DNA from: Amoeboradix gromovi X-113 | Taxonomy: Eukaryota; Fungi; Sanchytriomycota | Assembly: GCA_018985225.1 (NCBI GenBank) | Contig: JADGIF010000004.1 | Span: forward strand, 1-32,000 | Reading direction: 5' to 3' | Length of the DNA: 32,000 nt | Shown: positions 8,504-18,159 of the stretch, in pieces | How the letters are laid out: the number at the start of each line of letters is the position of its first letter | Position numbering within the stretch: the stretch's first letter is position 1 | Program-made: the position numbers and the translations under genes | The notes under the pieces: generated by a model | The model's input: the letters and a program-made list of their open reading frames with translations, nothing else | Told to the model about the DNA's origin: nothing | The model's database searches: none

Positions 8504-8572
8504 GTTTTAAAAATAATCTAGAATAAAAAGATTCATAAGACAATTAAAAACATGCCAGTTATTTACTTACAT

Positions 8573-9208
8573 TCAGTATTCATAATCGTTCGGGATTGCG
8601 GCTGTCTGAGGAGAGGATGCATTATCGTAACTTTCAGCCGTCAGGTCTGCTTCGCCCTCTTTATGATATTTTCCATTACCATGACTAACTTTGTGTCCTT
8701 TTCCTTTTCCTTTCCCTTTGCCATGACTGGCTTTAGCTTTCACTTTGCTGTGAGTGAGTTTAGCTCTCCCTTTGCCGTGACTAGCTTTTGCTTTCCATTT
8801 TCCCTTTCCTTTTGCTTTCCATTTTCCCTTTCCTTTTGCTTTCCATTTTCCCTTTCCTTTTCCTTTTCCTTTTCCTTTTCCTTCGTCATCACTGACTCCA
8901 CGTTCTTCTTTACATACACGTTTGTATGCACTTGACTGTTTGATGTCTTTGAAGCAGTCCTTCTCCGGCTTACCTGATAAAGGCGCCAATAAAGACTTTG
9001 TCAGATAAGGCGATTCTTCGTAATTTGGCGGTAACACTACAGTAGCTTCTTTTTTAGTTGGCGGAGCTGCTGGTGGTCCTGAAGATGTTGGTGGGAGCAG
9101 ACCGCTGGAAGGTAGAGAACCAGGAACAGCTGGGTTAGGCTGAGGTAGTGCTTTCCCGTAAGCGACTATAGGTGCAGAAAAGATACAAGAGATCGCTAAG
9201 ATAAACAT
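8573..9208 (-). CDS. Secreted low-complexity protein (Pro-rich, then Lys/Gly/Trp/His repeats)
   Basis: First ATG at 9208 gives signal peptide MFILAISCIFSA. Pro/Ser-rich stretch, two Cys around a KR site, then (GK)n, GKGKWKAK x3 and KASHGKG x2. Confidence 0.7.
   Translation of the reverse strand: MFILAISCIFSAPIVAYGKALPQPNPAVPGSLPSSGLLPPTSSGPPAAPPTKKEATVVLPPNYEESPYLTKSLLAPLSGKPEKDCFKDIKQSSAYKRVCKEERGVSDDEGKGKGKGKGKGKWKAKGKGKWKAKGKGKWKAKASHGKGRAKLTHSKVKAKASHGKGKGKGKGHKVSHGNGKYHKEGEADLTAESYDNASSPQTAAIPNDYEY
8786..8881. repeat. Coding tandem repeats: 24 bp x3 plus TTTTCC hexamers
   Basis: TTTTGCTTTCCATTTTCCCTTTCC at 8786, 8810 and 8834, followed by TTTTCC units. Confidence 0.9.
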
Positions 9209-9513
9209 TGATGTAATTAAGACAGTGTCATATTTATACTTTTTTCCCAATCACAAGGAATTTTAATTTAATTTATTTCGTCAGGAAGATCGAAATTTCA
9301 ATTTACTCGTCCAGCTCATTGATCTCTAGCTTAATTTAATTTATTGGCAAATCGAAACAATCTTGAACTAACCACAATAAAATTAATTTCATAATTTTAA
9401 TTCTGTTCTAGGTGGAAATCTGATTGCTGAATTTTTTTAACTCTGTTGAGCTGCAGATCTGATAACTTCTTAAAGCAACATCCCTATTTTAATATAATTA
9501 ATCATTTATTACA

Positions 9514-12500
9514 CTACTCCTCCTTGTATAATCCTAAATCCAAGCAAACTACATGACTATCTTCTTGCCTCTTATATATTCCTACTAATCCAACAGCCTG
9601 TTCGTACACAATCTGCTTATGGCTGATCATTATTATTTGAATATCCCTACTTTGCCTAATCATGAACTTGATAAACTTTCTAGTATTATGCATATCCAGC
9701 GCTGCATCTACCTCATCTAGTATCATAAAAGGCGATTTTTTGTACTCCTGAATTGTAAATATCAATCCTAACGCTGCCATTGTCTTTTCTCCTCCACTTA
9801 AATTTTCCATTTCCCTAAATCTCTTGGCTGGTGGCATTGTGTGATAATGTATGCCAATATCCTCGATTGTGTCCATCTCTCCATCAATACTCAAGTACGC
9901 TGTGCCTCCTCCAGTCAGTGACTTATAAACACCATCTATGTTACTATTCATCTTATTATACGCATTGTTAAACCTTTCTTGTCGTTGCTCTTTAATTCTG
10001 TTAAACTCGTTTTTTATTTCTTTTAGTTCCTTTTTTGATTTATTATAAATGTTGTTGCAAGTGCTCATTCTTTTATTTGTAGTATCCAACTTGTCTTTTA
10101 TATCGCTGATCTGTAGATCATCCATCTCTCTCTTAATCTCATTTAACTCCACTTGAAGCCGCACCAATCTGCTATCAATATCTGCACTTGCCTGCAGATC
10201 TAAGTCCGGTTCATCAACATCCATATCTGTAGAATTGCCAAGATTATCTCTTTGCACACTTAATTCATCCATCTCTGATTGCAGTTGTTTAACTATGCCT
10301 CTTGACTGTATAATTTTTGATTTGCATTTACCGATATTTCTATTAATCAGATCCAATTCGTTTTTGATCAGATTGATGCTTTCTTGTAATTCTATTTTGG
10401 TGGTATTCAAGGCTTGCAACTCACTGGTTAATGAATCCTTTCTAATTGTTACAGCATCTAATTCCTTGCTAGTAGCTCTACTTTGCATCTCGCATTCATT
10501 TATGGTAGTTTTAATCAGCTCCATCTTCTTCAACTCCAATTCCAATTTCAACTCCATCTCTTTGATAGTCCCACTTGTTACTGTTGGTGTGTTTGTGTCT
10601 AATTCGCTTATAAATACATCTATGGTACACCCTACTTGATCTGTCAATGTTTTGAAATGCTCTTGTCTGCTATTATTTATAAACAACTCTAACTTGCTAA
10701 TTTTCATTTCATGCTCACCTAACTCTTTATTAGCTGATTCCAGCTCTGACTCCAGATCAGACTGCTGCTTAGTTAAATAACTGAGTTTTATGTCATGCTG
10801 TCTGATTACTTCCAATTGCTCGTGCAATAACGCCTCGCTAGATTGAAAGGACTCTAGTTCTTTATTAATATCAACCAACTCATCATCTAGAGCTCTTAAC
10901 TCCCTGATAATTTTAATTTTGGATGCTTCCAATTCTGTGATGTTTACGTCTCTAGTACTGACAAATGTTGACCCTCCGCTCATGCTCTTTGATTTGTAGA
11001 TGATTTTACAGTCCTTTGAGACTACTTTAACATTTAAATTCAATTCGAACGCAATATGCTTTGATATGGCCAGCGTGTCTGTTATAAGAATATCTCTAGT
11101 AATCGTAGCAATCAGGTTGGTATATTTACTGGATATGCAACTGTTTAGCTCTATGCTACCAGGAATCGGTTTAATGTTGCTGACAGAAGCACTTTGTGTA
11201 TACCTAGTTAGTGGTAAGAATAATCTACTATGGTAGTGATGCGCACTCATCCATTTAATACAATCCAAGCACGTCTGCTCATTATCCACAATTATAGCAT
11301 CAGAGTACCTACCAAGTGCTAGTGATATAGGGTTTAATAAAGAATCATCCAGAAATGTAATGCTATTTATTAGTTTACCAATTACACCGTCAAACATAGC
11401 TTGAAGAGTTGTGATTAGAATATTTAAGGATTGGTTAGATTTACTAGATTTGGACTCAGAGTAATGTGTATTGATGCTAGTAGTTACAGCGGCTAACCGA
11501 GATTGTAATGCTGACCTTTTATTAGATCGAGATGATGATTTGGATTTCAAGTTTGATAACCGAGTTGGATCTATAGCTGCTTTAATAGTGGCTAGATTGG
11601 ATTTCAACTCGACGCTGTGCTGTCTGTTGACCACCAATTGCTGCATTACATCGCTTAACAATATATTCTTTTGGCTGCACTTGGTTTGCAGTGCGAATAA
11701 CGAACACTGCCTGGATTCCAACTCTTGTAGTTGAGAATGGTATTGAGAAAGGTATGAACTGTTCAATGAATGATATAGCTTAACAGTTTTGCTGTTGATG
11801 ATTGAGTTGCTTGGTAGCATGGATAAATGAGATTTGGATTCATTTAACAAAATAGTGCGAGATTTAATTTTGCTGCTAATCGAATCATGCTTGGAATGAA
11901 GCTGCTTACATTTAGCATCCAAAAAGTCCAATCTTCCTTGTAAAGTGGAAGACTCAAGGGATTTAATTTGACCGTCCAAAGAGTTGATAGATTCTTGATT
12001 AACCTTATATTTAGACTGCAGCTCATCTAAATTAGACGCTATCAGTTTGGCAGAGTTACTAGAGTCTAATAACAAATCTTTTAACTCATTTATATTGGAC
12101 TCATGATGTTTTACATCTACCGTGCACTTATTATAATCTGCATTAATACGCTGCAGATTGAGTTTCCTAATGTGAGTAATTATATCAGCAGAACTTTTTG
12201 ACAATGCATTAAATCTATCAATTTGCTGTTGTTGCTCAAGCGCAGATTTCATCTCTAACGAAACCTCTCTTTTAGAGTCTAAAAGAGATAAGCTGACAGC
12301 ATTTTGGGACTCATATTCATGCTTCAACTCATCATATTCCTGCTTCAACTCGTAACTGCCACTGACATGCTCAATCATCTTAGTCAGCTGTTTAGAAGAT
12401 TGAGAAGCTAGTTGTTCAATATCACCCTGGAAGACAATAAAATTGCGGACTTTAACAAGAATGTTGAAGTGAAAAAGGCGATCAACGTAGCTAGTATAAG

Positions 12501-12807
12501 AGCTGGAGCAACCGTCGATTTTATAATCAGATTGGCCTTGAAAGTTTATGTGCCGCTGAAAAACAGTCTTTTGGTTATCGACTTGTAATACCAATTTAAC
12601 GTGCCCTGAATCTTCACCATGCTTTAGCAATTCTTTTAAATTAGAGCATCGAAGATGAGATGCACCAACACCAAGCGCAAATGCCAAAGCGTCTAAAACA
12701 TTGGATTTGCCACTACCGTTTGTACCACAAATACAAGTAAATGATTTGAATTCAATTTTGTTATAAGAGTAGCTCTTAAAATTTGTTAAATGCAGTTCTT
12801 TAATCAT
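9514..12807 (-). CDS. SMC1: Cohesin subunit SMC1
   Basis: Walker A GTNGSGKSN, NILVKVRNFIVFQGDIE, coiled coils and hinge, PPAKRFREMENLSGGEKT signature, Walker B ILDEVDAALD. Confidence 0.93.
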   Translation of the reverse strand: MIKELHLTNFKSYSYNKIEFKSFTCICGTNGSGKSNVLDALAFALGVGASHLRCSNLKELLKHGEDSGHVKLVLQVDNQKTVFQRHINFQGQSDYKIDGCSSSYTSYVDRLFHFNILVKVRNFIVFQGDIEQLASQSSKQLTKMIEHVSGSYELKQEYDELKHEYESQNAVSLSLLDSKREVSLEMKSALEQQQQIDRFNALSKSSADIITHIRKLNLQRINADYNKCTVDVKHHESNINELKDLLLDSSNSAKLIASNLDELQSKYKVNQESINSLDGQIKSLESSTLQGRLDFLDAKCKQLHSKHDSISSKIKSRTILLNESKSHLSMLPSNSIINSKTVKLYHSLNSSYLSQYHSQLQELESRQCSLFALQTKCSQKNILLSDVMQQLVVNRQHSVELKSNLATIKAAIDPTRLSNLKSKSSSRSNKRSALQSRLAAVTTSINTHYSESKSSKSNQSLNILITTLQAMFDGVIGKLINSITFLDDSLLNPISLALGRYSDAIIVDNEQTCLDCIKWMSAHHYHSRLFLPLTRYTQSASVSNIKPIPGSIELNSCISSKYTNLIATITRDILITDTLAISKHIAFELNLNVKVVSKDCKIIYKSKSMSGGSTFVSTRDVNITELEASKIKIIRELRALDDELVDINKELESFQSSEALLHEQLEVIRQHDIKLSYLTKQQSDLESELESANKELGEHEMKISKLELFINNSRQEHFKTLTDQVGCTIDVFISELDTNTPTVTSGTIKEMELKLELELKKMELIKTTINECEMQSRATSKELDAVTIRKDSLTSELQALNTTKIELQESINLIKNELDLINRNIGKCKSKIIQSRGIVKQLQSEMDELSVQRDNLGNSTDMDVDEPDLDLQASADIDSRLVRLQVELNEIKREMDDLQISDIKDKLDTTNKRMSTCNNIYNKSKKELKEIKNEFNRIKEQRQERFNNAYNKMNSNIDGVYKSLTGGGTAYLSIDGEMDTIEDIGIHYHTMPPAKRFREMENLSGGEKTMAALGLIFTIQEYKKSPFMILDEVDAALDMHNTRKFIKFMIRQSRDIQIIMISHKQIVYEQAVGLVGIYKRQEDSHVVCLDLGLYKEE

Positions 12808-12839
12808 TCTTGTGTGTTACGGGGGGACAGGTTTAATTT

Positions 12840-12931
12840 TATATGATGGCTGTAATTTAAATTTTTTCAAGGTAACAAACGACAGCTCAAATTTTAAGAC
12901 CATCCTTTTTTCTATTTCGTATATGATGGCT
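12840..12931. promoter_or_regulatory. Duplicated 12-mer TATATGATGGCT in the SMC1/MAD2 divergent intergenic region
   Basis: Exact copies at 12840-12851 and 12920-12931 within a 156-bp head-to-head gap. The regulatory role is inferred. Confidence 0.45.
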
Positions 12932-12963
12932 CCTTAAATACTTGAGATTTGCAAAACTCCAAG

Positions 12964-13533
12964 ATGAAACTGCAATTGGAAGGAAGTATTAAGGTTGTCT
13001 TGGAGTATTTTGAGTACGCTCTAAATATGATATTATATCAGAGAAACATTTACCCGCATGAAATGTTTACATTGGTGAGAAAATATGGGATAAACGTCCT
13101 AAAAACCGAAGATCCATCAATTCAAAAGTATTTATTTTCCGTTTTAATCAAAGTTAAGGATTGGATAGAGACAGGGCAATTAAAGAAATTAGTTCTAGCA
13201 ATTATCAATGAAAATAGCGGGGAAACAGTTGAAAAGTGGGAGTTCTCTTTAACTATCCAGAAAGATACGATTGACATTGAAGAACGAGATATTTGTAGAA
13301 ATATACAGTATATTCTAAAGCAAATAGTCAGTAGTTGTACCGCATTGCCCATATTAGATAGTGGGTACACTTTCCATGTTCTCGCTCACACATTAGATGG
13401 AACTTCAGTTCCTAACCAGTGGATAAAATCAAACAGCCATGACATCACAGATGGCGAGTTCGTCCACTTGAAAGCTTTTTCCACTACAACACACGATATC
13501 AGTACAAGCGTAGAGTTTAAAACTGAACAGTAA
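12964..13533 (+). CDS. MAD2: Spindle checkpoint HORMA protein MAD2
   Basis: LEGS..VV.EYFEYALNMILYQRNIYP.E.F..VRKYG, ETVEKWEF, KQI......LPIL, LKAFSTTTHDISTSVEFK. First ATG at 12964. Confidence 0.92.
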   Translation: MKLQLEGSIKVVLEYFEYALNMILYQRNIYPHEMFTLVRKYGINVLKTEDPSIQKYLFSVLIKVKDWIETGQLKKLVLAIINENSGETVEKWEFSLTIQKDTIDIEERDICRNIQYILKQIVSSCTALPILDSGYTFHVLAHTLDGTSVPNQWIKSNSHDITDGEFVHLKAFSTTTHDISTSVEFKTEQ

Positions 13534-13538
13534 TTGAA

Positions 13539-13797
13539 TTTTGTAAAATAAATCAATTATCGAGAATCTGCGTGTGTTTTATACAGTTGCATGACTTTTC
13601 TACATTTTTCCAATATCTTAAACGCTCTATATCCTTCATTTTCGCATATGGTTAATGGAACCAATGAGTGTAAACCTGAGTACGTCAAATCTAAAGAAAT
13701 AACTAACAGTACAGTATACATTCATCAACGTGGAGGAACCGGTCCAAGCATGGAACAATTAGATGTCTTTCAATGCATAGAAAAAGATCAACGATAA
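13539..13797 (+). mobile_element. IS607-like element C copy 2 (left end + frameshifted recombinase HTH)
   Basis: Aligns with the reverse complement of ~4500-4758 (TTTTGTAAAATAAATCA...CATTTTCGCATATGGTTAATGGAACCAATGA...). A 1-nt deletion follows KEITN. Confidence 0.8.
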
Positions 13798-13802
13798 ATA
13801 AA

Positions 13803-14020
13803 CTAAGTCTAATTTTTATAGAATAATTAGATGACATTCTAGTCTAGTTTTTACAGAGAAATAGTGATATTTTATATAAAATCATTATTGTTAAGTCAAC
13901 AGTTATCCTAAAACTCTAAAATAAAGACTGAATGAAAGGGTAAGAGGATGTCTGTACAGAATATTTACTTTTGAAATTTCTATACAAATTGGCTAGTCTA
14001 GTTTTTACAGAGTATGTCCC
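13803..14020 (-). mobile_element. TIR family B copy 4: orphan left end with duplicated TIR segment
   Basis: CTAGTCTAGTTTTTACAGAGTATGTCCC ends at 14020, followed by ATAT. 13919-13990 matches the reverse complement of 3736-3784 and 29822-29859. A 20-bp direct repeat lies at 13839 and 13993. Confidence 0.7.
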
Positions 14021-14122
14021 ATATACATCAAATATATGTGTCCTTATTCAATCCTGCCTCAGGGTAGTGAAAGCAAGAGCAGCCACTGTAATGAATTTAC
14101 TAGCGTTGCTAATTTCTCTGTG

Positions 14123-14304
14123 AAATTCTTGATTTTCTCGAAAATCGGGACTTTTAACGAGGAGTAATTGTCTATCGTTAAATATATAATTTGTAGCAAG
14201 AACTTCAATTAATCGTTTTAAGCCCTTTTTATTAGTGGTTTTAACTGAACTAAACATAGGACAACGTCGTTAAAAGTACTGATTTATGAGAAAATCAAGA
14301 ATTT
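14123..14304. repeat. 38-bp imperfect inverted repeat pair (MITE-like or long hairpin)
   Basis: 14123-14160 versus 14267-14304 show 4 mismatches. The left arm is itself palindromic. No clear TSD. Confidence 0.75.
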
Positions 14305-14729
14305 TTAGTGACTGAAAAATCCAGCCGCTCCGTACAATTTGTTTCTCAGGCTTCAAATTTCAGGTAGCGGACGCTAAAAAGAACAGAAAAACTTCAAGTG
14401 GATGTGCCTTGTTGCGATATTGTCTCTATACGCCTCTGAACGACAATTTGTGCGTTTATATCTATCCAAATTGGTTTATCTAGAGTATCATACACAAAAT
14501 CTCTGCTTATAAATGCTTCTTGTCACTCCACCAATGTTCATCCTTTTTGTTTGCATTTCCTGCTTCATTTTTAGACCAGTATGTGAATATATTGTATTAT
14601 GTGGTTAAAGGGTTTAGGAAGAGAGTATATTGGAACGATACACCACATTCAAGCACGAAAAATGACTTATTCAATTAAAATAGAGAGCAGTTCATTAACT
14701 TTTTGAGATTATCTTCAAATTTCCAAACA

Positions 14730-17700
14730 ATGCTCCTGCTAGTGAATGATACCCTGGTAGTATTTGAATCAAATGAGTCTATTTTGAACAAGTACAGCAA
14801 TATGGAGCATACTTTGGAATCCAGAGATCTAAAATCTTCAATAATGTCTGCCAGTTCTCAATTAGTAATCACTACAAATGCAATTTTCAATTTGAGCGAT
14901 TTATCAATTTATAAACAATTACGCTCTTATTGTTCCCATTCTAACTTTCATTACTCGCTAGTGGCTCATGATGATCTCGTGTGTTGTTACTCGAACGTTC
15001 TTTTATTTTCGATTCCAATTACTGATAAAATCATCAATTTATTTATTTTAGAGACACCGGTCATAACACTGATACTAGTGTACTCTAATAAAATTCAACT
15101 TTACTATGAGAATGAACTAGTCAATTCCACAATAATTCCAAATATTGAGAGTTGTAGCATTTTGTGTACTCCAGCTTTATTATCTATAAACCAGTACTTG
15201 TATGATCTACATTCATTAATTCATGTATATACCTTTCATGATACACCTTGCATAATATCCTATAGCAATAACCTATACAGTTGTAATGTAAGTAAGAACA
15301 ATCTTAATCTTAAGTTGTTGAGCCTTGAGTACAGTTTGATAAGAGACAATTTTGATATTTGCTATACCGATATTGCAAAAGTTTCCATTGAATTATCTGG
15401 TAATGTCCTAGACAGTATATATAATGGTATTTTGTTCTACAACAATAAATTGGTTTTCCTATTTAACCCTCAATCAGACTCAGCCATAATCGAGGATGTT
15501 GATTTAGTCAGTCAGTTAATGAATGAACACAACTATTCAATCAATGACGTCAATCAGTTCGTCCAGTACTTGTTAAAGCAGCACTTGTTGAATCCTGTTA
15601 TATTAATACTTCAGTATTACAGCAACAACTCTTCATTTATTGATTCGGATCCTATAAATTATGCCGATATATTGCACTTCATACTGAGCAATACTCTATT
15701 GAACAGCGATAGTCTTGCTCTGTTTAAATCTCTGCTATTCAAAATGGACTACAACAATGTTTTATCAATAGTGGGTCAATACATCAACAACTACCCATTT
15801 AATATCCAACTGCAAATACTCCGAATAGTGAGAATAAGTTTTACTCTTGACCTTAAACTGTATAACATGGATTCATCACCAGTTATCAGTGACTCTCGTT
15901 TATTTGATTATATATCCTTGTTTACCAGTAAATGCGCTCCCCATCCGCTTGACCACTTGCTACTAAATTTAGAATTATATGAATTGTTTGATATGGCTCC
16001 AGTTCCATACATCGACGATACATTACAATTGATGTGCTATGTTTTAAGTCGTTATTTAGTCAACTTTAAAGCCCCGGAATTCGTTAACGTTTACAATTCT
16101 AACCATTTAAACGTCTATTTAGATATAGATGTTGATGCTATCATTGTTTACGGGTTGAACTACAGCGATGAGTATCTGTTATTTATTGATGATTTGTTAC
16201 AGCTGAAGTTGCTGAACAGCACAGTGTCTGAGTTACAGAAATGGGTAGTACCTAGCAATGACACAATGCTACCATTGGAAAGACTGCAGCATGAGATCGA
16301 CAAAAACATGGATACAGTTAAAGGTGTTGAACATATTGCGGATCCAGAAATGACCCGCAACATTCTAGAGCATATCAATATGCATGATCAGATTTCGAAC
16401 ACCTTGTTTTATTGCCCTTTGAATGAGTTGCTACAGAACATTACTAATTACACAAGTTATGAGTTGTACAGCTTGGTTGTTCAAATAAACAATAACCATT
16501 ACGATCCAGAGTACATTCAATTTATGAACATATTGGAGCTGGTTGTTGTGTTTGATGCCGATCTAGTTATTGACCACGACAATATGGACGATTTAATTGA
16601 GGCTTTGCTAAATCATTTCAAGGAAACAAATAACACACACGGAATTAACAGAATTTTACAAATTACAATGGAATCAACCAGTGCAAACAGTAACATCTAC
16701 TCAATTGACGAGTATAACAATGCAATTAATAACGGGGATATTAGCAGAGCTTTGCATGTCTTGCATTATGGTAGCTATTCATCCGAATGGGTAGAATCAT
16801 CATATGTAGCGTTGCTACACAACATGGGAATGAATAAACACTATCTAAAAAGATTCATTGAAAATAAGTACACAAGTCAAATTATAAGCAACGCGCAGCT
16901 AGAACAACATTCATTCACATCTGAGGATGTGTTGGAGATGATGGAATACAAGAATAGTGCATTGCTGCACTGGATACATTCCCTGAAGCCAGCAGTAGAT
17001 AGCAAACATATTTCTGAAGTAGTGCCTAGTATATCCGTTATAGGCATTCATAATTATAGCCATTATATGATTAGCAGATGCTCAGTGTGGAATATTCATT
17101 TTGAATCGGAAATGAAGTATTTATGCCGATTACAAGACATAACACCATTTATAAGCTGCATGGACAACAAGGAATGGGGAATTGCGTTATACATGGGGTA
17201 TATTGAGAGTCTAGGCATAAACATGGATTTAATATCCGAGTTGCAACAACTTATAGAGTACATAAATAATTGCGACAAAACTAGGAAAATCGAGATTGCA
17301 CTGTCTAAGATCAACAAAATATACAACCAAAAGCTATTTGAATACTACTTGCATGAGTTGCACTTGCAAAACACCAAATTGATTACAAACGAATTGATTC
17401 TGGAGTACTGGTTTGCTAATTTTAAGCGATTGAAAACAAGGCTCCAGCAATCCACAATATATAAAGTTATCAAGACAATGGTTCAGAGTAAAATGAAGTT
17501 GGTCCATTCCATAGCCGTCGAAGAGTTAATAAATGCGAGATACGTAATGGGCCTGTACCTGACATTAGACTTGGTCAAGAGTAACAACGGGTTATTAGAA
17601 TACATGAACACAATGGATGATAACTTGTTGCGCAAGTACATAATAGTAAGTAGAACCCAAGAAAGTGGTTTGAATTTAAACGAGCAAGATATAATGACCA

Positions 17701-17771
17701 TGGATAAAGAGCAGCTAAAGGCCTTGTTGATAAAGAGGCAGCTTATGACTCGAGTGGCTCAATTGAGCTGA
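14730..17771 (+). CDS. Uncharacterised ~1013-aa protein (beta-rich N-terminus, helical C-terminus)
   Basis: Long intact ORF with first ATG at 14730. No family motif recognised. Confidence 0.75.
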   Translation: MLLLVNDTLVVFESNESILNKYSNMEHTLESRDLKSSIMSASSQLVITTNAIFNLSDLSIYKQLRSYCSHSNFHYSLVAHDDLVCCYSNVLLFSIPITDKIINLFILETPVITLILVYSNKIQLYYENELVNSTIIPNIESCSILCTPALLSINQYLYDLHSLIHVYTFHDTPCIISYSNNLYSCNVSKNNLNLKLLSLEYSLIRDNFDICYTDIAKVSIELSGNVLDSIYNGILFYNNKLVFLFNPQSDSAIIEDVDLVSQLMNEHNYSINDVNQFVQYLLKQHLLNPVILILQYYSNNSSFIDSDPINYADILHFILSNTLLNSDSLALFKSLLFKMDYNNVLSIVGQYINNYPFNIQLQILRIVRISFTLDLKLYNMDSSPVISDSRLFDYISLFTSKCAPHPLDHLLLNLELYELFDMAPVPYIDDTLQLMCYVLSRYLVNFKAPEFVNVYNSNHLNVYLDIDVDAIIVYGLNYSDEYLLFIDDLLQLKLLNSTVSELQKWVVPSNDTMLPLERLQHEIDKNMDTVKGVEHIADPEMTRNILEHINMHDQISNTLFYCPLNELLQNITNYTSYELYSLVVQINNNHYDPEYIQFMNILELVVVFDADLVIDHDNMDDLIEALLNHFKETNNTHGINRILQITMESTSANSNIYSIDEYNNAINNGDISRALHVLHYGSYSSEWVESSYVALLHNMGMNKHYLKRFIENKYTSQIISNAQLEQHSFTSEDVLEMMEYKNSALLHWIHSLKPAVDSKHISEVVPSISVIGIHNYSHYMISRCSVWNIHFESEMKYLCRLQDITPFISCMDNKEWGIALYMGYIESLGINMDLISELQQLIEYINNCDKTRKIEIALSKINKIYNQKLFEYYLHELHLQNTKLITNELILEYWFANFKRLKTRLQQSTIYKVIKTMVQSKMKLVHSIAVEELINARYVMGLYLTLDLVKSNNGLLEYMNTMDDNLLRKYIIVSRTQESGLNLNEQDIMTMDKEQLKALLIKRQLMTRVAQLS

Positions 17772-17912
17772 TGGATGCTCCGCGAGTAGATTCTTGAGTT
17801 TATAAGGTGCTGTATCTAATAAATAATCAAATATAAATTTATGGTTCTTTACCCTTAAACAAAGTCTCTACGATTTCGCAAAAATAATTATTCTGTAATT
17901 AAGGTGTTGCTC

Positions 17913-18132
17913 AATTAGCTTACAAACTGAAGCACTAATTTTAGAGAAAGCCGAGAATTCACAGAGACACTAACAGTGGTAGTGGATCAATTACAGTAGC
18001 TCCTCAAACTTCCACTACCATTAGAAGGGTAGATCATTTCGTGCCGTTTGACCAAAGATGATCAAGATTACCGAGTTTTATGTGGTCACAAAAGAGTTAA
18101 TTGGAACGATATTGCCTTTGTGATCAGCATAA
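17913..18132 (+). ncRNA. Candidate structured non-coding RNA (four consecutive hairpins), family unknown
   Basis: Stems at 17913-17940, 17970-18024 (TGGTAGTGGA/TCCACTACCA), 18028-18072 (GGTA.GATCAT/ATGATC..TACC) and 18078-18132 (TTATG.TGGTCACAAA/TTTGTGATCA.CATAA). Confidence 0.4.
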
Positions 18133-18159
18133 ATGGTTAAATAAATTAAATTATGAAAC

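Noticed and set aside
13591-13797. 68-aa ORF as a host gene
   Set aside because: It is a frameshifted copy of the IS607-like left end and HTH seen at 4505-4758.
14051-14115. U4 snRNA-like 5' end (ATCCTGCCTCAGGG ... TTGCTAATT at the right spacing)
   Set aside because: No kink-turn 5' stem-loop, and the downstream part is explained by the inverted repeat.
14662-14707. Upstream ATG plus an 18-nt intron extending the 1000-aa gene
   Set aside because: Splicing GT(14690)..AG(14707) does not reach the main ORF frame.
17925-17960. U2-like TTCTCGGC...CTAA on the minus strand
   Set aside because: No GTAGTA branch-pairing sequence and no stem I.
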